64,000 bases of DNA from positions 1-64,000 of the forward strand of contig JAQGDQ010000988.1 in NCBI GenBank assembly GCA_030141605.1, read 5' to 3'. Shown here in pieces: positions 41,975 through 53,900 of the stretch. Position 1 is the first letter of the stretch. Each line of letters opens with the position of its first letter. The notes below the pieces were generated by a model. That model worked only from the letters and a program-made list of their open reading frames with translations. It made no database searches and had not been told where the DNA came from. Made by a program: the position numbers and the translations under genes. This DNA is from Tubiluchus corallicola (lineage: Eukaryota > Animalia > Priapulida).

Positions 41975-43482
41975 TTATCGATTGTGAATGCTGTTGAGAA
42001 ACCGAGTGAGATATTTCCTTGAAGGTAGACGATTTACAATAAGGACTGACCAACGTGGACTCCTTGCCCAACCACGAACTAAGAAAAATAATCGTCGCCT
42101 GTGCAGGTGGAGTTTGATTTTGTCAGAATTTAGTTGTACCATAGAAGGCATTAGTGGCAATGAAAATACCATAGCTGACGCCTTGTCACGATTAAATGTC
42201 TAGGTGTAAAATAACCATTTTTGATTGATATGAGAGAATTAAGGGTATATTTAGCTTATCATATTTTATTGTTTTGGCATAGTTTCCATATTTTTGGAAA
42301 CAGAATTCAATGTGTTGTTGTCTAATTGAGCATAATTTGAAGATATTAAATTTTTTAAAGTTACTGGAGCTGAGTTAAGCTGCTAAGTGATAGTTAAATA
42401 AAATCTTCTTTTGACAAAGCAAGATTGTATATTGGATGTACTAAAATTAGTTTTGTAATATGTGCAGAAGTACCAAAAGAGTTTGTGTTATATTTAATGG
42501 AAATGGTTGTTTAAATCAGTTGTTTGTCATAAAAGTGTTCTGATGTCATAAAAGTGTTCTGATACTACATTTGAGTATTACTGTATTCATTGTTGCTATT
42601 CATTGATTTGTATTGATCTATTGAATATTTCTATGGCATGGAAGTTAGTAGTCTCAATGTGCATTTCGTAGCTACTCAACTTTTACAGAACCGGGGCTCT
42701 GTGATGGTCCAGTATGGTAATGTAGGGAATCACTAGCCTAACAGCCGGGCACATTATTTGTTTACATTCACGAGCTAGGCTAATGATCTTCTTCCCAGCT
42801 TTTGCCTATGCGGAGTCGCCGTTGTGAATGAGTCTTCTCCACGCATTCCTGTTGTTGACCATCTCTTCATTTATGTTCTTCACTCTAAGGTCTCCATTAA
42901 TACATTCAATACATCTCAGCTTGGGTCATCCTCTTCTTCTATTTCCCAGCACTTCCATTTCCATGACCTCCCTTCCCAAATGATCTTCACAACGAGTTAG
43001 GCTGATGATGAAGAGTTAAAATTCACCTTTCTTTTGCATTTTTAATTTAATTTGATGTTCTACAAAATCGCATTTTGATCTCATAAATTACTACCCCTGG
43101 TAGCTAGGTCACTTGGGTGGGTACACGAGTATTCCGTCGTAGAGGAAGATCTTTACCTTAAAGTTAAATCACTGAAGCCAGACGTTCACGTGAGCAGTGT
43201 GACCTGGATTTTTTTTACCTGCCGATTCTATGCCACGTAGTTGTAGAGAGTGGTTTCCTTGTGTTAAACGGAGGTACGTCTACACGTTAAGTACCTTCCG
43301 TCTTGTATCGTGTCTCAGTTTGATGTCAAGACATGTGATGTGGTCCCCGAGTAGTGGTTCAAGTTTCACAGACCAAAAGAGACGTTAGCAGATCAAGAAA
43401 GACGTAACGGTATACTTCTACTTATGTTATTACTCTCGTAAATCACCAACTGCTAATTGCCATTTGTTGGGTTAACACCACA
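41975..43482 (+). mobile_element. 3' remnant of a Ty3/Gypsy LTR retrotransposon: RNase H end, 3' UTR, probable 3' LTR (about 42700-43482)
   Basis: RYFLEGRRFTIRTDQRGLL..RRLCRWSLILSEFSCTIEGISGNENTIADALSRL* is the Gypsy RNase H C-terminus. A GGGG tract precedes TGTGATGG at 42700, with a complementary-type end ..CACCACA at 43482; LTR limits are tentative. Confidence 0.7.
42788..42991 (-). mobile_element. Short 5'-truncated RTE LINE insertion with 18-bp TSD
   Basis: Homologous to 18860-19025; flanked by ACGAGCTAGGCTAATGAT (42770) and ACGAGTTAGGCTGATGAT (42992). Confidence 0.85.
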
Positions 43483-43669
43483 GGGATGGTAGACTGTAAA
43501 GTGGTCAGTTTCACTTGAGGAGTGTGATGACTGTTTTCATTGCCGTATGGGGATCCTGTTATCTTCACGTAGACGTTAAATTGTTTACCATGTTGGGGTC
43601 GTCTGTGCTACACTGTCATGCAAGAAATCTGTAAGCTGTGACTGTCAGTGTGGACTGTTGTACCGCAGT

Positions 43670-44015
43670 CAGGGGCGGAACTAGGGGGGAGCGAGGGCGG
43701 CGCCCCCCCTGCAAAATCGGACAAATAATTTTTTTTTGCAGTGAAAATTGCAGTTCGCATGTAATCATTTTCAATATGAATTAAAATTAGGTAAAAAATG
43801 TTTGGTAGTTCAAATAACGTTAGGTTAACTGAGAGTTAATTTTCTCATTATTGTTCTGTCCGCTATGCCGTCCTATATACACTAATTATAGGCCTGCATG
43901 CAGTATAAAAGGGGTTAAAATTGGCTTAACCATTATTTAACCACTTCGGATACCATGCCCCCCCCCCAGAAAATTTTTGCGCCCCCCCTGCTTGCCACAT
44001 CTATTTCCGGCCCTG
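43670..44015. mobile_element. hAT-type MITE
   Basis: CAGGGGCGGAACTAG...CTATTTCCGGCCCTG ends; imperfect 8-bp TSD ACCGCAGT/CCGCCAGT. Confidence 0.65.
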
Positions 44016-45383
44016 CCGCCAGTGAACACTCAGCAAAACCCAGGTAGATCACCAGTATTCTGGGGAAAGGGTTTTCCTTTTTTTGTATATTGATGCTGAT
44101 TGTCATTTTTTTGAATATTTGGAATCTTATTAAATTTGTTGTTACATGCCTTTACTTGTTTATGGAGAGTTGGATAAAATGTCGTTAACCAATGAAAAGA
44201 AAACAACTCACGTATTATTTAGGAAAACTGCGAACAAAGTATTTATTCCCATGAACATTTTATGAACATGTCTTAAAATTAGCATAAATAATTCGCATAC
44301 ACCTTTCGGCACACGCTACGTCAAAAGGTGGTTTTCGGGTACCTGTGACCCTTCTAACTCCAACCATCACAGCCACACTGCCGTAGTTCTCGACAAAAGG
44401 TATCCTTGGAACAACACGTCCATCCTTGACCGGTTGACCGTGAGGCGTGCCGGTCAAACACGACTTAGCTAACATTTGTCCACTGAGTGTTTACGATACG
44501 GCGGGCGCACGATTGTTTAACACTCGTGACCACTTTTCCATACACGGATACAAGTACGGGCGGGCGTGTGGCATGTTTACCGAAAGGGAAAGCCCTTCTG
44601 CTAACAGAAAACAACTCTATCCAGTAGAAAACAAACAATTTGATGTAATGAGTCACCTCGCGTAAACGTACCGTGTGACCAAAACTTGGCACCGGCACCA
44701 AACTCATCTCTGGATGTAACCAATCCTCTTGTTTGTATGCAGCTGAAAAATAAACAAGAAATTAAATACTTCCACATCGGAGGAGGTAAAGGAAATAGCC
44801 AAGTGGTGTTATGAAGATTAATTAAGCAACAAAAGTTAAGCAATGCCGAGACAGGACTGTGAATGGATGCGTGACGCAAGGTTTAATACCCACTTTGGGA
44901 GGTCTCACTCATTAGGTCTATTCTTGATGTTTATCTTGTTCACAATAGTAGAACAGCTGCTTATATGTGCACATTTTTTTCAACGAGCTTCTTATCTATG
45001 GAATTTTCTGCCAGGTAATCGTTTCCCTGACAGCTACCACTATGCTGGACTCAAGCAGCACATCAACAAATAGCTCTATCCTTAGTAAATAAGTTATATA
45101 ACTTCTATCTCTCTGGATCTACATTCATAATTTACATTTTCACTTTTTAACCGTGACACCTGTTGCCCTAATCTTGCTTCGTATAAAAGAAAGCCGAAAA
45201 AGTTCATTTGTGTACCTAGGTGTGAAACATGCATGAGTCGGTAACGCAGTAACTTTACAAACCAAACATTTTATAACTAAACACGCTTGTTAGTAAACTA
45301 CACTCAAGTGAGCTGGTCCACAATTTTTAAGCAAACAACAGCCAGGTAAATAACAGTTATTTGTAAACAGTAGGCCTCTCGCG

Positions 45384-45391
45384 TATAAATA
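45384..45391 (+). promoter_or_regulatory. Candidate TATA box of Cys-rich gene B
   Basis: TATAAATA 98 bp upstream of ATG 45482. Confidence 0.55.
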
Positions 45392-45481
45392 AGCTCGAAT
45401 TTTTGGCAAAGTTGCGAACGAATATCGTGGCGCTAAACGACACCATCGATTTTAGAAACTGTTTAAGAAACCGAAAAAAAG

Positions 45482-48400
45482 ATGAAGTTGCTTATGTTTG
45501 TTGCCATGGTAACTATCAACAATCAGTTTAATATTACATGTTAATACTTTGTACTGTAGAGTAATGAAAAGTACCGTATTTTCCCGTGTATAAGAGACCC
45601 TTTTTTGCTCAGAATTTTCACTTTAAAAATAGGGGGTCTCTTATACATGGGAGTAAGTCTTTTCAATAAGATGCATAAATTGTGACACTAATGATTTTAA
45701 AGAAATAAGTGCTCTACAACTGTTTTGCGTGTCGCGTTCGACTATGAAGCGGTTGTAAGCATCGTGACACAGGCATTATCTCCTCGTTTTCTCTTTTCCT
45801 GTTACAGGTTTGCAGGTACGCACTTTAATATATACCAGTACTCTTTTTCTACAACACATTAACTGGTTTTATTTTGTTTTCAGTACCGCACTGAGTTGAA
45901 AAAAGTTGTACTTTACCCTCTAAAAATGTCCGTCTGAAAAAACTTTTTTCCAGAATTTTTGCCTAAAAATTGAAGGGGTCTCTTATACACAAGGGTCTCT
46001 TATACACGGGAAAATACGGTAATCTTCTATAATACAACTTCATGTAATATATAGTATCATGATATACATTATGTAATAGGGTCTTTTATAAGGCATGACA
46101 TATGTCATTTTACCCATAGTGCATATGTGATAACATGCAATATAAGGTGTAGCTTAAAATGGTATTGAAGTTATGAATTGATTAGTTCAGCTAAGCGTAG
46201 CAATACGATTATGTTTTCAGATGATGATGATGACGGCAGTGACGATCGTTAATGGTCACTACTACTGGTATCGTAATTACTGTCCAGGAAGCAGCACTGA
46301 CTGCTCCACACTTACGTGTACAGATGCGAACGGCACCGCCTGCGATAACCTCACCGCAGATGATGATTGGGACACCGTTGGACCCTGTGTGTGTCCCAAT
46401 GGTTCTAACAGCTACTATTGTGATGACTGTTATCAGGTAAAAGTGCATTATTTACACTTCTAAAAAGTATCACTTTTACCTTTTCCTAGAATAGCGTCTT
46501 TTCATAATTTTTTATATAAGTTGCTATAAACGAGGCTGACGGTCTGTTGTGTTTTGTTTCACTCGGAAGGCTCGTAGAGAAAACCAGAAAACACTTCATC
46601 AAATTAAACTAGTTTATTATGTCAGAATTCTGGTTGCTGTTGTGTTTTGTTTCTCTCGGAAAGCTCGTAGAGAAAACCAGAAAACACGCCATTAAATATT
46701 ATTACTTTATTGAGCGAGAATTCTTACACAAAGAGGAAGGAACTTTGAAATGATTATACTAAACGTGAAAATCTGGAAAACATTCAAGTAAGTATAACAG
46801 AATAAGTATAAGTCCGTGTTAGATCTGTGTGCGATGTGCGATCCCGTGTCGGCAGCCTGATTCGCCTTATATAGCGCGCTGGAGAAACTTCTCGAAGAAA
46901 TGTTCGAGAACAATCCAGACGCTAAGGCGGTCATCCCGACGGAACATTCTACGATGTTCCATGCACTTCTACTTGACGTCAGCGATCTCCATAACACGGT
47001 CGGGGTAACGGCTGCAGTTACCGTACGCACAGCAAGCAGTGATCACTATAACAGTTAAGCGCTATTAAAAACTAGAAAGAAAGAACTGTCTTTCTTATTT
47101 TCTTACAGGAAGACAGAATGATTTTCCATATACTACGCCATTTTCAAGTCTGATAAAAACGAAACATTTTAACACAATTAATACTGCAAAAGCACTTCTG
47201 ATAATTAAATAATAGATTAATATCTTAATTAACAACGGGCGAGTGCAACTATTGATGACATCACAAACTAACATGATTTTCAACAGGAAAAATATTCCAC
47301 GAGTATGTTTCACGTGTTTGCAAAAGCGAACGTTGAAATACAGTGCTACTGTAAGATATTCAGTGTGTGGTACTAAAGTTAGGCAAGTTTTAAGATAAAA
47401 ATTCAAATTTCAAATTTACCCCTGCGCTCATGCGTGAGTTGTCGAATGTGTGTAGTTCGTCACAAACTAACACTACTGAACTCAGAAGTCCAGCACCTGT
47501 TTTTGTGCAACGCGTTTCCGAAATGCCGGCATTGGTGCTTATTTAACTAGTGAATGGCAAAATGCATGTGACAGTGAAGAACTAGTGGCACGAATGTGAA
47601 ATTGTGTTTGTGTGGTAACATACAGTGAAGAACTAGTAGCACGAATGTGAAATTGCGTTTGTGTGGTAATATACAGTGAAGAACTAGTGGCACGAATGTG
47701 AAATTGTGTTTGTGTGGTAATATACAGTGAAGAACTAGTAGCACGAATGTGAAATTGTGTTTGTGTGGTAATATACAGTGAAGAACTAGTAGCACGAATG
47801 TGAAATTGTGTTTGTGTGGTAATATACAGTGAAGAACTAGTAGCGCAAATGTGAAATTGTGTTTGTGTGGTAATATACAGTGAAGAACTAGTAGCACGAA
47901 TGTGAAATTGTGTTTGTGTGGTAATATACAGTGAAGAACTAGTAGCACGAATGTGAAATTGTGTTTGTGTGGTAATATACAGTGAAGAACTAGTAGCACG
48001 AATGTGAAATTGTGTTTGTGTGGTAATATACAGTGAAGAACTAGTAGCACGAATGTGAAATTGTGTTTGTATGATAATAATTCTTTCACGCAAGTCATTT
48101 TTGAAAAACTAGTATGTTTTCTTTCAAGGTTCTAAATAAGTAATTATCTACTCTACCAAAAATTGAAGGGAGAAATACTATTTTTTCAGCAATGACTTAT
48201 GTGAAAGATTCATTACCACACAAACACAGTTTCATGTCCACATCACTAGTTCTTCGCTGTTACATGCATTTCGCCATTCGCTAGTTAGATGGGAACTAGC
48301 GCCTGCATTTCGGAAACGTGATGGACAAAAAGCAGGTGCTGTACCTCGCAGTTCAGAGGCATTTAGTTATGTCGTATTATAAGCACGTTCAAAAGCTTCT

Positions 48401-49005
48401 GCGTGAGGACAGCAGTAAACATGAAATTTGAATTTTACACTTTAAATTTGTCGAGTTTTTGTATAACGCATTAAATGTTGTACAACAGAGCTTAAATTTT
48501 TGCTTTCGGAAACACGTGCAACACCTGTGCTGTTGAAAATTACGTTCATTTATGATGTCATCACTAGTTGGGCTCGCATGCCGTTAATTTAGTTTTTAAC
48601 CTATTATTTAATTATCAGAAATGCTATAAATGCTTACAGGTGTTAAAATGAGTACTTTTTACTGTACTTCAAAATGGTGTAGGATAGAAAAACTATTCTG
48701 TTTTCCTTTAAATTTCTCCAACAAATGCAGTTTCATAATATTTCATATCATCATCGAGTAGTTTTATATGCTTGTTTATCACAAATTCAGTTCTTATTCT
48801 TCTAAACAAAATTTTACATTCAACTGTCCACATGCTTTCATATTTTTCTGCATTTCAGATACTTACACGGAACACCACCTGCACGTGCGAATGCACAAAT
48901 CGGTACGGATACACGTTCACATTGAGAAGCTCCAGCTATTGTGTGGAGTCTAATAGATGTGACTGTAGTTTTGCAACATATAAGCAGCAGGCCTGCGATC
49001 CATAG
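45482..49005 (+). CDS. Secreted cysteine-rich protein B (129 aa, 15 Cys), intact
   Basis: Exons 45482-45508, 46221-46436, 48859-49005 (390 nt, phase 0/0): MKLLMFVAMMMMMTAVTIVNG-HYYWYRNYCPGSSTDCSTLTCTDANGTACDNLTADDDWDTVGPCVCPNGSNSYYCDDCYQILTRNTTCTCECTNRYGYTFTLRSSSYCVESNRCDCSFATYKQQACDP*; four N-x-S/T sequons. Confidence 0.83.
45574..46019. mobile_element. Tc1/mariner (pogo/Tc2-like) MITE in intron 1 of gene B
   Basis: Perfect TIR CCGTATTTTCCCGTGTATAAGAGACCC / GGGTCTCTTATACACGGGAAAATACGG, TA on both sides. Confidence 0.9.
47100..48710. mobile_element. Inverted pair of Kolobok-type elements (family K4) in intron 2 of gene B
   Basis: 47100-48140(-) and 48150-48710(+) are both homologous to 52675-53396; right end TTTTCCTTTAA. 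Confidence 0.68.
47570..48070. repeat. 51-bp minisatellite, about 10 units, expanded from inside the K4 element
   Basis: Unit ACAGTGAAGAACTAGTAGCACGAATGTGAAATTGTGTTTGTGTGGTAATAT; single-copy (reverse) at about 48213 and 52785. Confidence 0.93.
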
Positions 49006-50951
49006 TTGCTATTAGTTCAGTATGAAAATCTTCTCATGTTTAGCCAGTTAAGTTGTAGTCCCAGTTAATGATTATTCATGATTTAAATTCTAATTATCAA
49101 TTTGAATGTCGCATGTGCACACAGAGAGATTGCGCCATTTTGTAACGAAAATTCTAGGGTATGCAGTTAGGCGAGTAATGGACGCCATTTTGTAAAAAGT
49201 TTGTAACAAGTTGTATCGCTTTGGCAAACACGTGTAACACACTTGCGGAATATATATCATATTTATATATATATATATATATATTACTTATGTACGAATT
49301 ATGTCGATTAAATTATGTACGAATGTCTGCAGTATGTACGAATAGATTAAATTTTACAAAGAACTATAGCAGTAGATGCTGGACAATCTTTATCTATTTG
49401 TTGTCTGTGTAGAATATTAATAAGTGAAAATGACTAATCAACCACCTGATGTCACTTAAATCATTTATATGATTACTTAAAACTACGAGACTAACAACAA
49501 TAAAAACAAAGCCAGTGTTACTTAAAGGACAAGAAAAGGGGTACCGTACGTTATGCGTATATCGTACTCACGTTAAAAGGAATTTTTGTTTGTTTTCATT
49601 TTAAATCTCCCGCAATACTGTTCCGACCGCACCATTACGTGACGTCACATACGCAAACATAAATCAAGGGAAGAAAAGGAAATGTTAAATTATGACCCAA
49701 AAAACTTTCCATGCAAAGTTTATGTTACTTAACATTTCGCTTATCTGCTTGAAAGACTTATGTAACTTGAAAAGAAAATCATTAATTATTTAAAATCTTT
49801 TCACCAATTGGTAAAATATCATTGACTCACCTCCAGGGTGCACCACCACTCACTAATAAAAAACGTAATTTGTTTAATTTTATTGACAAGATAAAATAAT
49901 TTAAAATTTTATTTGGTTAGTGACGTGTGCGCTACGAATGCTCTGATTATTTTTCCAAACTTTATGCAATGTTATCGAAACTTGTTTCAAATGACTTATC
50001 GTCAGAGTGGCTGCGCCTAACATTTACAAGTTTTATACAACATTATTGAAGATGCAAGTCCTGTATGCAAAATGACAGAAGCACGACCATCCTGATGCAA
50101 AGAACTTAGCCACACTAAACTTTCCAACAAGTACAAGTGTTGCAGTTGTTTTATATTTTAATTATGTAAAGTGAAACGTTTCTAATTCATTAATTTGGAA
50201 GGAAGAGCCAAAACAGCCAATCAGAGACAAGAGTTTAGGAACAAAGTTATTACACAAAACATGCTATTAAGAAATGCAGGGTTGGCATACTAACATCCAA
50301 ATGGAAAGTAGTATTTGTTGCAGAAGGTAGAGGATAATGCGTGACTGCTCGACCAAACTGCCCTCGCCACAATAACAAACCTGGAATTTACTAGCACCTC
50401 AAATCACTAACAATTTCATCACCACTAATCAATCGTGCGCATTCTACAAGTATACTACTGTGTTCAAGACTTCAAGCTTGTATGTCGCCTGTACGTCGAA
50501 TTTTACACCAATTTACAAATACAACAATTAAAAAATTAGCAACTTATACCTGTCTGCCATACTCATGAACCAGGCAAGCTCGTAGTGATTGCTACAGCTG
50601 CATGTCACGCATGCGTAGAAATGCCCCGCCGCCACCTAGCGAGTTGCGGGAAAATTGTTGTAGATTTTTTCTGGGCAGTGTGTATTCGTTGTTTGGTGTT
50701 TTGAAACTTTCTATCACATTTTGTGTTTTCTTTTTGAGTTTGTCTTATTGTTCACGTGAAAGCGCAATTAGTTTCTCGCTAGTTTTCTTTGTGGCAGCTC
50801 TTTTAAACGACTGTATTCGCCTCAGGTGTGTTTAAAATGTACTAAATCTAGTCTTTAAGATTACCCACTAACTTGACTAAGTCACTGAGGGTGGCCCGAC
50901 AAAACCGACGCTTTCATCCTGCTGATTGTGCGCTGAAAAGACTGATCAAAA

Positions 50952-53900
50952 ATGGCTGGAACAATTTTGGAAAATCTTAGTAACAGAAAACTGTTATATT
51001 TGACTGGAATTCTAGTCAGCTTGCAGATCGCTTATTTTCTCGTTGGTGGATTGATAGGTAAGGCTTTGTTTGTCTTTGCTATTTAATGCAATTGAAGAGA
51101 TTCATTTTATTATATTAAGCAACTGTGCAATCTAGACCTGTAGTATGTTCTGCCCAGTGGTGGTTCCTAGCTGAAATTAGTGGGGGTACTGCTTCAACAA
51201 ATTTTTAGCCATTGTTTTAATACTGTCTAAAATGAAATAAACATAATTATGTAATTTTAATGTCATAATTTGTAGTAATTTTAAACACACAAACATATTA
51301 AAGTTTATACATAAACTTGATAAAATCCTAAATTACGATAGTCTAAATCAGGGGTGTGCAAATTATCTGACTAGCCGGGCCACATTAAACTTTCTCGCAA
51401 TTCCTGCGGGCCACAGGCAGTGTGATCAAGGAGCCAAGTATAGAAAGGCCTAATAACGGTTTTTTGCATCCGACCTGCGTACATCATTACTACTGCATTA
51501 CTACACTCAAGAAACTATTTTAGAAGTTATTAAAATTTATATTACAAACCATATATTTCTACTTTCGGGACACATAGTGGTAATTTCATTACAATGCATA
51601 TTAGTAATGTGTATCACACAGTCTGTGTAGTACAGTGACATTAAGCTACAACCGTCTTGTAAGGGTTAATGGCATCCGATCTAGTAGAAAAAACTACCTG
51701 CACTATCTTTGGGATCGTGGCACGGACTTCAGCTGGATACACTCAATTAATCGCCCGGGCCGCACTTTCATTAGGTTGACAAATCTCTTCGCGGGCCGCA
51801 CAAATTCTCTCGGCGGGTCGCAAGTGGCCCGCGGGCCGCAATTTGCACACCCCTGGTCTAAATTGTCGCAGTTTGGCTCATTTTTTTGCTGATTGAAATA
51901 AAATGCACCACGTGAATGCACCTCAATTGCTTAGTGAAAATCCATAGGGACCTGTATTGTGATAGAGTGCTGTTCACTTTTTGATGACATCAGGCGGTAT
52001 TACTTGGCTCTGGTTGAAATTTCAATTATTTGTTATTACTGTGATCGAAGGGAGAAATTGACAAATTTAAAATCTGTGATTGAGGTGGACATGAATGCAA
52101 TCTGAGTTTAAAGGAAAAGTCAACCTTCTGGGAAGTTTAGTAATAAAAGTTTAATAAGCGCTTCGTGTAACTAGTAAAATCACATTAAAGTCAGGATCAT
52201 TTCGCGCTTTGGCGCTCGCATTTTGATGCCATTCGTTCGCCAGTAATGTCATCGTTCAACGGCTGAAGAAATGAAGCGCACTGATAACTTCCGTCAGAAG
52301 TATAAATTTTTACCAAAAATGAGATCACAAATTTTATGATATCTTTGCGTGAACATTAGGTGAGCTGCTGAATTTTCAGTTCAAGCAACGCACGCTTATG
52401 GAAAGCCACGAAGTCTTCCACTTACGACACAATTTTCAAGTGAACAATGTCTACCACTGCTCCTGAAAATACAGCAGCTGTGTAAATTAACTTTAAGCTT
52501 TATAGATGGTTTTTTGCAAACGCTGTGTTATACGTTTTTCTAAGCTTTAGTGCTACCAGCAAAATAAACCCAACATGCTAAATGACTTGTCCTTTCCTTT
52601 AGCACACCACAACAGTTTAAGTGATAATAGTAAATATAAACCCAACATGCTAAATGACTTGTCCTTTCCTTTAAAGGAATATGAAATTTTAAACCAATCT
52701 TAAGCTGTAGATCAAAACAATCTACTCTTTAAAATGTTGAAAGGGAACATACTATTTTTTCAAAAATGACTTACGTGAAATAATTATTACCACACAAACA
52801 CAATTTCACGTTTGCACCACTAGTTCTTCTCAGTTACATGCATTTTGCCACTCGCTAGTTAGACGGGCACCAGCGCCTGCATTTCGGAAGTGTATTGCAC
52901 AAAAAACAGGTACTGTACGTCTCATTTCAGATGTGTTAGTTTTAGAGGAACTGCACACGTTCGACAACTCGTGCGTGAGCGCAGCGGTAAATTCGGAATT
53001 TGAATTTTTTTTCTTAAAACTTGCCTAGTTTTAGTACAACACACTGAATATTTTACAGTAGCACTGTACCTCAATTTTCTCTTTCTCAAATACGTGCAAC
53101 ACGCTCGTGGAATATTTTTGCTGTTAAACTTATATTAGTTTGGAATGCCATTAATAGTTGGGTTTGCCGGAAGTAATTCTTCCACTTAAGTCATTTTTGA
53201 AAAAATATCGTGTTTCCTTTCAACATTTTAAAGAGCTGATAATTTTACCTACAGTTTCAGATTGGCATTACAATCAGTGCTGGAGTAACATTTGATTCTC
53301 AGAAACGCTTTTGCAGTACATTAATTGTGTTAAAATGTATACGTTTTATCTGGAGTTAAAAACGGGTTAGTACATAAAAAATCATCCTGCCTTCCTTTGA
53401 GTGCATTTAACTCGCTGGCTGTAGGTGCTTCAGACTTTTGAATAATATTTTGCTTTGAGTTAACAATCAAAGTGAGATTCTAACTATTATCAAACACTAT
53501 GAATCATTTTATGTGACAATAAGTGTCTTGATTATAGAAAATACATGTAATTTTATGGAAGATACATAATACATAACGAATACATAAAAAATTCTTTATC
53601 TATAAATAACTTCAAAAGAAATCTTAAAAATGAAATCTTTTCTAATTATACAGAATAAATCAATTTGATTAATTACACTGCTGTCCCTGTCATAATCCAT
53701 TGTGTTGCCGGCTATGTCAATTTTTACATTTCTATAGTTCACGTTACTTCATACAGATACTATCACATCTTTCTCCTTCTTTCTATTCTCTATTAACCTT
53801 TCTTTCTACTCCTTTACTGCTCTTTTCTATTACACTCAGTGCACATTCATTTGGGGTACTCTAAACAAGTAATTACTTCTCGAGTACCCCACGGGTCATT

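Noticed and set aside
44300-44710. GC-rich segment with short ORFs on both strands, including a minus-strand CC..C..C.C stretch
   Set aside because: No start codon or good splice sites and no match to the A/B cysteine pattern; left unassigned.
44960-45080. FFQRASYLWNFLP ORF piece (similar at about 22380 and 54700)
   Set aside because: Looks like the C-terminal remnant of a CR1/L2-group LINE rather than a host gene; boundaries unclear.
47539-48098. 184-aa and 183-aa repeat ORFs
   Set aside because: 51-bp minisatellite derived from a non-coding transposon.
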